44,413 nt of DNA from an uncultured Methanosarcinales archaeon (GTDB taxonomy: Archaea > Nanobdellota > Nanobdellia > Woesearchaeales > GW2011-AR9). The notes below the pieces were generated by a model, which saw nothing but the letters and a program-made list of their open reading frames with translations, made no database searches and was not told the origin of the DNA. Below, piece by piece: positions 1 through 9,729 of the stretch. The translations under genes were made by a program, and so were the position numbers. The stretch is taken from positions 1 to 44,413 of the forward strand of contig CAZXEM010000003.1 in assembly GCA_964639875.1 (NCBI GenBank), given 5' to 3'. Positions within the stretch are counted from its first letter, which is position 1. Each line of letters starts with the position of its first letter.

Positions 1-51
1 TTGCTTTATACTTCTTTATCAAAAACCATAAAAGAGATTGGCGAAAAATAT

Positions 52-756
52 TTAAGATATTATCTTCCCATCATTAAGGTATAAATGTGCACTACTAAAT
101 CTATTAAGTCTCCCGGAATAAGTAACCATTTGTCCTTTGTTTAACTTCAACAGATTATTTTTTTGGCTATCGTCCATGTATACAGTAACATCTTCATCTA
201 TAAAGCTAAACTGCTTCTCTTTTTGTTTAACAGCAAGAGTCAAAGCCCAAAACGTGGTGTCTATTTCAACAACTTCCCCTTTCCATTTAACATATTGACC
301 CTTGTAATCTTTGTCAAACAAACTTTCTTTTTGAAGATCTGTATATTTAGAGCCAGAACCAAAAATCAATTCCAAATCATCATAACTTTTTGATAAGTAA
401 GTAATTTGTTTTGCAGTTTCTGGTACCATCTCGCCATCGGGAGTAGCGGTCTCAGAACTAGCACCATTAGCTAGACTATCATTATCGACACTAGCTCCAA
501 TGAAAAAAACAATAAGAATAACTATTACAATAAGCCATCTTACGCCGGTTGAAAATTCAAAGTTGAGTTTGTCTGAGATTAACTTTTCAAAATAAGGTAT
601 TAACAACAGAGAACCAATTATAACAATAATTCCAGAAAAATATGCACTTTGAACTAAAAGCCCTAAACCTATTAAAAAAAACAATATTCCAAAAATCCAA
701 CAAAAAATTAGCCCAACTGTTATTTTTCTTTTCTCTTTTAAATGTCCTTTTTTCAT
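52..756 (-). CDS. hypothetical membrane protein (about 3 TM helices plus C-terminal soluble beta-rich domain)
   Basis: Complete 234-aa ORF. Basic N-terminus, then hydrophobic helices (VGLIFCWIFGILFFLIGLGLLV, IIVIIGSLLLIPYF, WLIVIVILIVFFIG). No recognisable catalytic motif. Confidence 0.55.
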   Translation of the reverse strand: MKKGHLKEKRKITVGLIFCWIFGILFFLIGLGLLVQSAYFSGIIVIIGSLLLIPYFEKLISDKLNFEFSTGVRWLIVIVILIVFFIGASVDNDSLANGASSETATPDGEMVPETAKQITYLSKSYDDLELIFGSGSKYTDLQKESLFDKDYKGQYVKWKGEVVEIDTTFWALTLAVKQKEKQFSFIDEDVTVYMDDSQKNNLLKLNKGQMVTYSGRLNRFSSAHLYLNDGKIIS

Positions 757-1015
757 AGTTATTAACCCAAATTAAATATATACTAAAAGTAGTACTTAAA
801 CATTAATAAAGCTTTTGTTTAATTTTCTTCGTTATTTTTAGATTAAATAATATGTTAACAGACATTATTGATTATTTGGCATTTGCAATTCGAACAAGAA
901 TAGGATTAGAGAATAATAAAAGGTAAACTGATATTTTGAAATTAAAAAATAAAAATAACAACATTTTTATAATCAATTATTATGTTACAGATAAAGTAAT
1001 TGGAGGCAATTCAAA

Positions 1016-1363
1016 ATGGGTAAACATACTGGCGAGTTAGTATTAGGAATTATAGGAGGAGTTCTCGGTTTAATTATGGGGACAATCGCATTATTTGTAG
1101 GAGGTATTAATAGTGCTTTTGGTGGAGGAGAAACAGTTGTAGGCTTAGGATTTGCAGCATTGTTGTTATCTGTATTGGGCATTGTGGGAGCAGCTTTTGT
1201 AAATAGTAAAACAAAAATGGCAGGTTGGTTTATGCTAATTGCAGGAATTGGTGGATTTATTAGTATCAGTCTTTTCTATTTAGTTCCAGGAATAATGTTT
1301 ATAATTGGTGGATTAATGGCTTTGTTAAGGAAAGATAAAAAGAAAGATAAAAAGAAAAAATAA
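1016..1363 (+). CDS. small Gly-rich integral membrane protein with poly-Lys tail
   Basis: 115-aa ORF with GGAGG about 10 nt upstream of the ATG. Four Gly/Ala/Ile-rich hydrophobic segments and a C-terminal KDKKKDKKKK. Confidence 0.65.
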   Translation: MGKHTGELVLGIIGGVLGLIMGTIALFVGGINSAFGGGETVVGLGFAALLLSVLGIVGAAFVNSKTKMAGWFMLIAGIGGFISISLFYLVPGIMFIIGGLMALLRKDKKKDKKKK

Positions 1364-1541
1364 TTGCCAAGAAAATTAATATTTAAATTTTATTTTTTTT
1401 ATCTTTCTTAGAGTATATGTCCTATTTACTTCTTATTTGGTACAACAATTAGTGAAAAAATATTAGATTTGATAAATAAACATTAGCTAAATTATCGAAA
1501 CATTTATAGATAATTATATCTTTAATTCTTAAATATCTAAA

Positions 1542-2537
1542 ATGAATGAAAAATTAAAACGCTATTGGCTTAATGGACTTAAAATCAATATTATATCTAT
1601 ACTTCTTTTAATAGTCTCAGTTCCTTTCATTTATTTATTTGTTTCTTTAAGTGCTCTTATAGAATTAATTCCAGGTTTATCTTTTATCATACTGGTAGTA
1701 GGAATTATTACTTTGTTTATATTATCTTTCCCAATAACCGCATTTTTATTTAATAAATGGACATTAATTAATCAAAAAATGAATACTTTCTCTGAACATT
1801 GGCGGTTTGGTTGGGAATGTAATTTTGTTCTTAATATAATGGGATTATTTGCATTTCCAATAATAGCATTTAGTGGTTTAATATATTTTTATGTTAGTTT
1901 TTTGTTTCCAGAGGTTATATCTTTACTTATTTTTCTCATATCCTTGTTAATATTAATCCCCTTAATTCAAGGATACTACTTTAACAAATGGATGATTATC
2001 GAGAAAATGCATCAAGGAAGTACTAAAAACCGAGGATTTTTTGAAACTTACGGAAAAGCAATGTTATTATTTGTGGGTGTTTACTTCTTTTTATCAATTT
2101 ATGAAATAACTAAAGAACAAACAAAAATAAGCACTCCTTATTTTTTAGGAATACTTTTAGGTTTATTTATTCTTTCTTTAATGGGTTTTTTCATCTACGA
2201 TTTAATTGAAAAAAGAATCAATAAACAAAGAAAGATTTATTCTAAAAATAAAAACTCAAAAAACTCTGGGATTAAAATAAAGATTGCCATTGTGATGATA
2301 TTAATCACTTTGGCCATACTACTTTTTAGTATTTTAATTTCTTCTTCAGAAGAGTTAAAAGATATTCCAAAAGAAATGGAATCAAAATGTATGAACGAAT
2401 GTGATAAAGTTGATGGAGCAACAGAATATCTTATCGAACCCGAATCTTCCGATGAGGAATTATATAATTGTTTTTGTCTGGATGGGGAATCAAATACACT
2501 TTTAGAAAAAAAATATCGCGTTTATACTAAAGAGTAA
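1542..2537 (+). CDS. polytopic membrane protein with Cys-containing acidic C-terminal domain
   Basis: 331-aa ORF with at least 6 long hydrophobic segments. C-terminal segment reads KCMNECDKVDG...YNCFCLDGE. Confidence 0.55.
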   Translation: MNEKLKRYWLNGLKINIISILLLIVSVPFIYLFVSLSALIELIPGLSFIILVVGIITLFILSFPITAFLFNKWTLINQKMNTFSEHWRFGWECNFVLNIMGLFAFPIIAFSGLIYFYVSFLFPEVISLLIFLISLLILIPLIQGYYFNKWMIIEKMHQGSTKNRGFFETYGKAMLLFVGVYFFLSIYEITKEQTKISTPYFLGILLGLFILSLMGFFIYDLIEKRINKQRKIYSKNKNSKNSGIKIKIAIVMILITLAILLFSILISSSEELKDIPKEMESKCMNECDKVDGATEYLIEPESSDEELYNCFCLDGESNTLLEKKYRVYTKE

Positions 2538-2664
2538 AAGAGGAAATAAGGATGAAATAACATATTATTTAAAACTAATAATTTAATTTTTTTTTATTTT
2601 TTCTTTACATTAAGAGAAAGTTTTAAATAATTAGAGTACCAATAACTTCCAGGGGGTAATAAAC

Positions 2665-3051
2665 ATGAAAAAAGTTTTAATGTTAATAATTTTATTGATT
2701 ACAGTTTTATTAGTATTTTCTTGTACTAACAAAGTTCAAGAAGTAACAGATTCAACAGTTACAGAAGAAGTTGAAAATTCTGAAACAATAACAACAACCG
2801 GAGTTACTGGTGACAAAGTTGTTATTGAAAATGATAAGTTCATGCCTACAGATTTATTAGTAGAATCTGGAACAACCGTTGAATGGGTAAACAAGGATTC
2901 TGTTGACCATACCGTAACTTTTGAAAATGGCGACTTGGATGAAAAAATGGTCGTGGGCGCAACTACAACTTATACATTTACAGAAGCGGGGACGTTTGGA
3001 TATTTCTGTCAACTTCATCCCGGAATGCAGGGTAGTGTAATTGTTAGTTAA
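2665..3051 (+). CDS. blue (type-1) copper protein, plastocyanin/halocyanin-like, probable lipoprotein
   Basis: Signal peptide ends in the lipobox-like LLVFSC. Copper-ligand pattern is His (SVDHTV) ... Cys-x2-His-x2-Met (YFCQLHPGMQG). SD-like GGGGGT lies upstream. Confidence 0.8.
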   Translation: MKKVLMLIILLITVLLVFSCTNKVQEVTDSTVTEEVENSETITTTGVTGDKVVIENDKFMPTDLLVESGTTVEWVNKDSVDHTVTFENGDLDEKMVVGATTTYTFTEAGTFGYFCQLHPGMQGSVIVS

Positions 3052-3207
3052 AAATCGTTTATTTTTTATTTATTGTTTTATTTCATTTTCTTTCATTTTG
3101 TGTCAAAACTAAAGATAAATCAGGATTTTGGTCATAAAGTTTTAATAGAAGATAATTAATCATTAATAATAGAAGTAACGGGGTTCTAATAGTTTGAGTA
3201 GTTGAAA

Positions 3208-4050
3208 ATGAAAAAGAAAGATGACCAACATAAATTAGAATGGTTAGTTGTTGAAAATAGAGGTAACGCTCAAGAACATAGTAAAGTTGCTCCTGTTACC
3301 AGTATTACTGGTAAAAAAGTTACTGAAGATGAACAGCAAAACATTCTCTTTAAAGAAGGTTATAATGCTATAATTGACCGCCACCAAAACAGTCAACAAG
3401 CACCTCGACCAATGACAATTAATGATTTATGGGATCCACCAGAAGCTTCTGACACTCGTTATTTAGCAAATTTAGAGTATATTATTCTTCGAAAAAGATT
3501 TATTTTACCTGACAAAAAGGAAAAAGGAACTACAGTTATCAGTGCTTCAAGCATAAAAGAAATTGCTAAATTCAGAAAAGATAATCGCTTATTAGATTTT
3601 AACATATTTAACCATAAAAATTATGGGATGTTATGTGCAATGATTAAGTTAAGTTATGACCATTTGGATGAAAATTATAATAATGTTGAGGAAGGAACAC
3701 AATTACTAAAAAACATTTATTTTTCATTATACGCAATAAAAGAAGCAGTACCACAATTACAAAAAGGTATTGGGGTTAATTATTTCTGTAAATTTTTAGG
3801 TATTGTTAACAGTAAATTTCGTGACCCTAATAGAAATGCCACTTTTGAAGATAATAACGCTTACAAAATTTTAGCGAACCATTTACGTAAAGAATACAAG
3901 ATGGGTGATGAAATGATTAGTAAAGCTAGTAGGTTAGCACGGCAAAGAAGATTAAAACAAGAAAAAAGTGTTGAGCAAAGATTAGAAGAAATGCAAAAAA
4001 AAGTAAAACCTGAAGATACTAGCAAAAAAGTTAAATATCCAGAAGTGTGA
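3208..4050 (+). CDS. hypothetical protein
   Basis: The ORF-track start at 3202 is TTG, so I use the first ATG at 3208. Soluble with a basic C-terminus and no recognisable motifs. Confidence 0.5.
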   Translation: MKKKDDQHKLEWLVVENRGNAQEHSKVAPVTSITGKKVTEDEQQNILFKEGYNAIIDRHQNSQQAPRPMTINDLWDPPEASDTRYLANLEYIILRKRFILPDKKEKGTTVISASSIKEIAKFRKDNRLLDFNIFNHKNYGMLCAMIKLSYDHLDENYNNVEEGTQLLKNIYFSLYAIKEAVPQLQKGIGVNYFCKFLGIVNSKFRDPNRNATFEDNNAYKILANHLRKEYKMGDEMISKASRLARQRRLKQEKSVEQRLEEMQKKVKPEDTSKKVKYPEV

Positions 4051-4051
4051 T

Positions 4052-5815
4052 TTAATTATAATACAACTTGCCTTCTGCTCTTTGTTCACGATCTTTCACC
4101 GAACCAACTTTATTGATCCGAGGCCGATGACTACTAGGATCTCTTCTTAAAGAAATGCCTAACTCTTCCAAAAATAAGTTCATTCCTTCAACCATATCAA
4201 AAGGTCCTTGCAACAAACCGTTCTTTGCAGGCTCACCAGTAAAAACAATTAACCTATCAGAAAGGTAATCCAAAAACATTAAATCATGATCAACAACAAG
4301 AACTGCAACTTCTCTCTCTGCAGTTAAGTTCTTAATAACTTTAGAAATTAATAACCTTTGTTCAACATCAAGATAAGCAGAAGGTTCATCTAAAAGGAAC
4401 AATTCGGCTTCTTGACTTAAACAATGAACAATAGAAACTTTTTGCAATTCTCCACCAGACAATTCAGACATTTTCTTCATTAACAATTTATCAATTTCTA
4501 AAGGAACAATTAGTTGATTTTGATAATTTTTTATCGCTTCATCCAAGAATTCCATTACTAGTTGGTCAGATGCAGTTTCTAAGTACTGAGGCTTATAAGC
4601 AACTTTTACTTCTTCTTGAAGTGTTCCGGAATCAGGTTTGATTAATCCGGCCAACAGTTTAGTAAAAGAAGTTTTACCAATACCATTCTCACCAAGAACA
4701 CCAACAATTTCATTTTTATGCAAAACCCCTTCACCAGTTTCAAAATTAAATTTTCCTAACTTTTTCTTAAGATTCTTCCAAGAAATTAATTCTTCAGGTT
4801 TACCAACTTGTCTTTGTTGAACTTTTTCAAATTTAATAGGATGACTTCTGAACCGAACATTTTCTTCTTTCAAATACCCTTCTAAAAAAGAGTTTATTCC
4901 TTCCCGAGAACTTTTCAATCCGGAAACTATCCCGTAAGCCGCTTCCTGACCATACATTAAATTTAATAAATCAGTCATGTAATCCAAAATAATTAAATCG
5001 TGTTCAATTACTACTACTGCAGTTTCTTTATTTACTAAAGAACGAATAAATTTAGAAGCGTTAACTCTCTGTTTAATATCTAGATAAGAGCTAGGCTCAT
5101 CAAAGAGATAAATATTAGCTTTCTTTAAAACAGCAGCAGCAATTGCTACTCTTTGTAATTCACCACCAGAAATTTTACTAATTTCTGTATCTAAAAAATT
5201 TGTTAATTGTAAAGATTTAGCAACTTCGTCCAATTTACCCAGTTCATCAATTTTAGTTAACAACTTTTTTACTGTCCCTTTAAACTGTTTAGGGATCAAA
5301 TCTACCTGTTGTGGTTTGTAAGATAAAGTAATTTCTTTCTTTTCCAATTTTTCTAAGAAATTTTGCATCTCTGTGCCTTTAAAGTATTTGATAATCTCTT
5401 TAAATTCTGGCTTTTTATTCCACTCACCCAAATTTGGTTCAAGAATGCCAGCAATAATTTTCAAAGCAGTAGATTTACCAATTCCATTTTTTCCCAAAAT
5501 TCCTGTAACTTGATTAAATAATGGTGTTGGTAAAGAAAATAATTCAAAAGAATTTTCACCATAACGATGAACAGGGTCTTTGTTTAAAGCTTCAGGAAGA
5601 TTAATTATTTGAATAGCTTCAAACGGGCAACGATGAGAACAAATCCCACAACCGGTGCAAAGCAGTTCATCTATCTTAGCCTTTTTATGCACCTCGTGCG
5701 GTAAAATACAATCTTTCCCTGTCCGGTTAACTGGACACAGTTTTTGACATAAATATTCTCCACATTCTCGATGATGACATTTTTCCTTTTCAATGATAGC
5801 GATCCGTTTCTTCAT
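4052..5815 (-). CDS. ABCE1: ABCE1 / RNase L inhibitor-type ribosome recycling ATPase
   Basis: N-terminal double 4Fe-4S Cys clusters (CHHRECGEYLCQKLCP; CTGCGICSHRCP). Two ABC cassettes with Walker A GKNGIGKST / GENGIGKTS and signatures SGGELQR / SGGELQK. Length 587 aa. Confidence 0.95.
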   Translation of the reverse strand: MKKRIAIIEKEKCHHRECGEYLCQKLCPVNRTGKDCILPHEVHKKAKIDELLCTGCGICSHRCPFEAIQIINLPEALNKDPVHRYGENSFELFSLPTPLFNQVTGILGKNGIGKSTALKIIAGILEPNLGEWNKKPEFKEIIKYFKGTEMQNFLEKLEKKEITLSYKPQQVDLIPKQFKGTVKKLLTKIDELGKLDEVAKSLQLTNFLDTEISKISGGELQRVAIAAAVLKKANIYLFDEPSSYLDIKQRVNASKFIRSLVNKETAVVVIEHDLIILDYMTDLLNLMYGQEAAYGIVSGLKSSREGINSFLEGYLKEENVRFRSHPIKFEKVQQRQVGKPEELISWKNLKKKLGKFNFETGEGVLHKNEIVGVLGENGIGKTSFTKLLAGLIKPDSGTLQEEVKVAYKPQYLETASDQLVMEFLDEAIKNYQNQLIVPLEIDKLLMKKMSELSGGELQKVSIVHCLSQEAELFLLDEPSAYLDVEQRLLISKVIKNLTAEREVAVLVVDHDLMFLDYLSDRLIVFTGEPAKNGLLQGPFDMVEGMNLFLEELGISLRRDPSSHRPRINKVGSVKDREQRAEGKLYYN

Positions 5816-5837
5816 AAATAGGTTAATTTCATAACTG

Positions 5838-5847
5838 TTTTATATTC
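5838..5847 (-). promoter_or_regulatory. TATA-like box for ABCE1 (GAATATAAAAC on minus strand)
   Basis: Centred about 28 nt upstream of the ATG at 5815 with no SD in between, consistent with a leaderless mRNA. Confidence 0.4.
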
Positions 5848-5883
5848 TTTTTGGAAAAATTAAGCTAAGAAATTACTAAAAAC

Positions 5884-5891
5884 TTATAAAA
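5884..5891 (+). promoter_or_regulatory. TATA-like box for trpS (CTTATAAAAG)
   Basis: About 26 nt upstream of the ATG at 5914 with no SD, consistent with a leaderless mRNA. Confidence 0.4.
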
Positions 5892-5913
5892 GCAAAAGTA
5901 TTCTGAACTAACT

Positions 5914-7026
5914 ATGACTACAAAAGTTAATCCCTACGAAGTTGAAGGTAAAATGAATTATGATAAACTTATTACAAAATTTGGAATAAAGAAATTAACC
6001 TCAACTGATTTGAAAAGGATTAAAAAAAATACGGGAGAAATTCACCCCTATCTAAAAAGAGAAATATTTTTTGCTAATCGGGATCTTAACTGGTGCTTAG
6101 ATGAATACGAGAAAGGTAACAAATTCTTCTTATATACTGGTTGTGGCCCTTCTGGACCATTACATTTAGGTCATTTAACAACCTGGATGTTTACTAAATG
6201 GTTACAAGAAAAATTTGATGTTGACTTATGGTTTCAATTTACTGATGATGAAAAATTCCTCTTTAAAAATAAATCCTACGAGGAAATTCAAGAATGGACT
6301 CATGACAATATGTTAGATGTTATTGCCTTAGGATTTGACCCTAAAAAAACGCATTTCCTGATTGACACTAAACATGCAGGGATTATGTATCCTGAAGCAA
6401 TTAAAGTTGCTAAGAAAATAACATTTTCAACCATTAAAGCAGCTTTTGGATTTAATGATTCTAATAATATTGGTAGTATTTTTTATACTTCAATGCAAAC
6501 AGTACCTGCATTTTTACCAAACGTTTTAAGAAATGAAAAACGACCTTGTTTAATTCCGTTAGGTATTGATCAAGATCCTCATTTCCGTGTTAGCAGAGAT
6601 GTAATTCAAAAATTAGGGCACCACAAGCCAGCAATATTGCATGCTAAATTTATGCCACCAATGACTGGTCCTGAAGGAAAAATGAGTAGTTCTAGTCCAG
6701 AAACAGCGATCTTAACTACAGATGGTCCAAAAATAGTTAAAAATAAAATTAATAAGCACGCATTTTCTGGTGGACAACCAACAATTGAAGAACATCGTAA
6801 AAAAGGTGGTAATCCGGACATTGATATATCTTTTCAATGGTTAAGATATTTTGAAGAAGATGATGATAAACTTGCACAAATTCATAAAGATTATAAATCA
6901 GGTGAATTATTATCTGGCGAGTTAAAAAAAATTTTAATCGATAAGGTTAATTCATTCTTATCAGAACATCAAGAACGTAGGAAAAATGCTCACAAATTAA
7001 TTGATAAGTATATTTACAAAATTTAA
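5914..7026 (+). CDS. trpS: tryptophanyl-tRNA synthetase, archaeal/eukaryal type
   Basis: Class I motifs GPLHLGHL (HIGH-type) and KMSSS (KMSKS-type). The FQFTDDEKF motif is typical of archaeal/eukaryal TrpRS. Length 370 aa. Confidence 0.9.
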   Translation: MTTKVNPYEVEGKMNYDKLITKFGIKKLTSTDLKRIKKNTGEIHPYLKREIFFANRDLNWCLDEYEKGNKFFLYTGCGPSGPLHLGHLTTWMFTKWLQEKFDVDLWFQFTDDEKFLFKNKSYEEIQEWTHDNMLDVIALGFDPKKTHFLIDTKHAGIMYPEAIKVAKKITFSTIKAAFGFNDSNNIGSIFYTSMQTVPAFLPNVLRNEKRPCLIPLGIDQDPHFRVSRDVIQKLGHHKPAILHAKFMPPMTGPEGKMSSSSPETAILTTDGPKIVKNKINKHAFSGGQPTIEEHRKKGGNPDIDISFQWLRYFEEDDDKLAQIHKDYKSGELLSGELKKILIDKVNSFLSEHQERRKNAHKLIDKYIYKI

Positions 7027-7039
7027 TGAGGTTATAATA

Positions 7040-7336
7040 ATGGAAATTAAAATTTATACAATCCCCACATGCCGATGGTGTGCAAAATTAAAAGAATGGC
7101 TGAAAAAAAATAAGTACAGTTATCAAGAGCATGATTTAACTGAAAGTAGTTCTGCTAGAGATGAAATAATTCAAAAATCTCACCAAATGGCTACCCCTGT
7201 AACAATCGTCAGTAGAGATAAAACAGAAGAAGAAATAGAAAAAATAAAGAATGAAGAAGAAGTAAATATTCCTGAAACTGTTGTTGTCGGCTTTGATGAA
7301 AAGAAGTTAAAAGAAGCTTTGAAAGAATATGAATAA
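7040..7336 (+). CDS. glutaredoxin/NrdH-like small redox protein
   Basis: I use the ATG at 7040, preceded by GAGGT with a 7-nt spacer. N-terminal beta-strand then CRWC (CxxC), a TPV cis-Pro region and VVVGF. An acidic insertion (KTEEEIEKIKNEEE) sits within the fold. Confidence 0.75.
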   Translation: MEIKIYTIPTCRWCAKLKEWLKKNKYSYQEHDLTESSSARDEIIQKSHQMATPVTIVSRDKTEEEIEKIKNEEEVNIPETVVVGFDEKKLKEALKEYE

Positions 7337-8281
7337 CTAAATCCCTTTCAGCACTTCTTTCGGATCTTTTCCATCAAACAAGATTTCATGTAATCCGGTT
7401 ATCAAAGGCAGCTTTAATCCTGTTTTTTCTTTCAGACCCATCGCTTCTTTTAATGTTGTAACACCTTCAGCAACCATTGCCATTTCATCAATAACTTCTT
7501 TAAGTGGACGGCCTTTACCAACTTCTACACCAACAGAACGGTTTCTTGAATGAGGACTAGTAGAAGTTACAATCATATCACCAATTCCAGCTAAACCATA
7601 GAAAGTTTCTTCTTTTCCACCTAAAGCCACGCCAACATTTTTAATCTCTTCCAGACCACGCGTCATGATATAGGCTTTAGCGTTATCTCCTAAGCCCATC
7701 CCATCTAAGACACCAACAAACACAGCAAGAATATTTTTCAAAGCAGCAGCAACTTGCACGCCAATAAGGTCATCAGTTAAATCAATTTTAAGATTATCAG
7801 AAACAAACACTTTCTTAAGATCTTCTCTTCCTGTACCACCGGCAAGAACAATCCCTGAATACATTTCTTTACAAACTTCTTCTGCATGTGTTGGCCCATA
7901 TAAACAATAAACTTCTCCAGAAACTTTTTCTTTAACCAGATCTGTTAAAAACTTTAAATCTGGACCGAACCCTTTTGAACAAATTACAATTGCTTGATCC
8001 TCAACAAACTCCTTAGCTTGTCCAATAGTCTTCTCAACATGATTAGATGGAACCACTAACAAAACCAATTCAAAATCAACTAAAACATCTTCTATTTTAT
8101 GAGAAACAAAAATATTTTCTGGCAATTTTGCTTCAGGAAGTAATTTACAAATTCTTTGTTCCTGCATTTCTTTTGCTTGTTCTTCAAAGAATTCCCAAAC
8201 TTTTACAGAATGACCATTATTGTTTAAATGTACAGCTAACGCTGTACCCCAACTTCCTCCACCTAAAATTGCGATTTTCAT
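7337..8281 (-). CDS. gpsA: NAD(P)H-dependent sn-glycerol-3-phosphate dehydrogenase (GpsA type)
   Basis: N-terminal Rossmann MKIAILGGGSWGTALA. 314 aa, colinear with GpsA (central ...SKG..., C-terminal helical domain with AEG/P...). Confidence 0.85.
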   Translation of the reverse strand: MKIAILGGGSWGTALAVHLNNNGHSVKVWEFFEEQAKEMQEQRICKLLPEAKLPENIFVSHKIEDVLVDFELVLLVVPSNHVEKTIGQAKEFVEDQAIVICSKGFGPDLKFLTDLVKEKVSGEVYCLYGPTHAEEVCKEMYSGIVLAGGTGREDLKKVFVSDNLKIDLTDDLIGVQVAAALKNILAVFVGVLDGMGLGDNAKAYIMTRGLEEIKNVGVALGGKEETFYGLAGIGDMIVTSTSPHSRNRSVGVEVGKGRPLKEVIDEMAMVAEGVTTLKEAMGLKEKTGLKLPLITGLHEILFDGKDPKEVLKGI

Positions 8282-8314
8282 AAATTAATAGAAATATCTA
8301 ATAGTTTAAAATAG

Positions 8315-8845
8315 TTATGGATTTACAACAATTTTTCCCACTCTACCAATAACCACTGAATCAACATAAGTGTATTCGCCAGCTTCAGTAAATTTCCAAG
8401 AAAAACTGTCTCCGAATTGAAGATGACCACTTTTCATTGCAGAAATTTCTCGCACTCCGTTAATTAATGCAGGTAATCGTTTTTGTCCATTCTTCCAAAT
8501 AACTTTTTGACCAACGTTTATGATAACAGTTTCAAATCTAAAAACATTTTCACTAATTATAATCTCTTTAACACTAAGTTCTATCAAATCAAGTTTAATT
8601 AAATCTGGTTTAATGGGTTTATCATCAACTTTTTCTAACTTTTCTTTAATCAAAACTAATTCTTTTACAACCACTGGTTGTTTTAATTCTAAAAAAGGAG
8701 AAGAAAAAAATAGTTTAGGTAAAGATAATTCTTGAAGAACAAATTTATCTTGGTAAACCATTTCTGGAGAAAAGAAAACATTATTAGCACTAACAAAACT
8801 AATACTAACTAAAAGTACTATAAATATCACCCCTATTTTCATCAT
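8315..8845 (-). CDS. secreted cupredoxin-like protein lacking copper ligands
   Basis: Signal peptide (IFIVLLVSISFVSA). The C-terminal roughly 80 aa align by eye with the 2665-3051 copper protein (KFTEAGEYTYV vs TFTEAGTFGYF), but the Cys/His/Met ligands are replaced. SD GAGGGGG lies upstream. Confidence 0.6.
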   Translation of the reverse strand: MMKIGVIFIVLLVSISFVSANNVFFSPEMVYQDKFVLQELSLPKLFFSSPFLELKQPVVVKELVLIKEKLEKVDDKPIKPDLIKLDLIELSVKEIIISENVFRFETVIINVGQKVIWKNGQKRLPALINGVREISAMKSGHLQFGDSFSWKFTEAGEYTYVDSVVIGRVGKIVVNP

Positions 8846-8859
8846 TTCCCCCTCAGGAA

Positions 8860-9729
8860 TTATTTAATTATTTTTAACTTTTCTTTTTTTTCTAACTCAT
8901 ACTGATAAGTAAAATCAAGTAATAAGGTAGTAGTATAAGAAACTTTTTCTTTTAATGTTTTACTGCAAATTAAAATTGCTTCCTGTTTCTCTTTTTTAAG
9001 TTCAATAGTTAAATCAGTATTGGAATTTTGGAATTTACAATTTAACGATTCACTACCAAGTTTAGCAGAATCAAAATCAATCAGTTTAATTTTACCTTTA
9101 CCTTTATTTTTTAAACGGATTCTAAACTCTATCTCCGGACTATCGCCAGGCAAAATTATTTCTTCTATTTCATCAACAGCTAACGGCGCACCCTGCCCAG
9201 AATAACTTTTCAAATCATCAAATTTACAACCAGAATCATAAATTTCGTAAATGTTAGGGTTAATACAAACAGTATCAGTAAATTCTATTTTGGAAAAGTA
9301 AGATAAAGTTAAAAAGTAGTTTGCAAGATATTCTTCTGCGTTTTGAAAAAGATCTCCAGAATTACCAGAAAAATCAAAATATTTTTTATCCCCATCAGGG
9401 GCAGTAATACTTCTACCTTTCAAAAGATCAAGTGATTGTTGAGGATTCCCTTTATCTGGTGGAGAAACATCAAAATATTTTCTGTTCAAACCGACAAAGT
9501 TAACTTCTATAGTAGTTGCATCATAACCCATCTGGTTATCAAGCTGAACAACCATTTTAAAATCTGAGTTAGGATAAATTTCTTCAGGAGGTGCCCGATC
9601 AATAAAATCTATTCGCATTTCTGCTACCCCTTGTTTAAAATTGTACTGACTTAATTTTTCTGGAGTTTTACTACACCCTACAAGAAGAACAAAAATAATG
9701 ATTAAAAAAAGCAGGTTTAAACGTTTCAT
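8860..9729 (-). CDS. predicted lipoprotein, beta-rich extracellular (CARDB-like N-x-G motif)
   Basis: Lipobox LLVGC after a hydrophobic signal. ATGA start/stop overlap with the upstream gene. Contains an IRLKNKGKGKIKL-type motif. Confidence 0.6.
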   Translation of the reverse strand: MKRLNLLFLIIIFVLLVGCSKTPEKLSQYNFKQGVAEMRIDFIDRAPPEEIYPNSDFKMVVQLDNQMGYDATTIEVNFVGLNRKYFDVSPPDKGNPQQSLDLLKGRSITAPDGDKKYFDFSGNSGDLFQNAEEYLANYFLTLSYFSKIEFTDTVCINPNIYEIYDSGCKFDDLKSYSGQGAPLAVDEIEEIILPGDSPEIEFRIRLKNKGKGKIKLIDFDSAKLGSESLNCKFQNSNTDLTIELKKEKQEAILICSKTLKEKVSYTTTLLLDFTYQYELEKKEKLKIIK

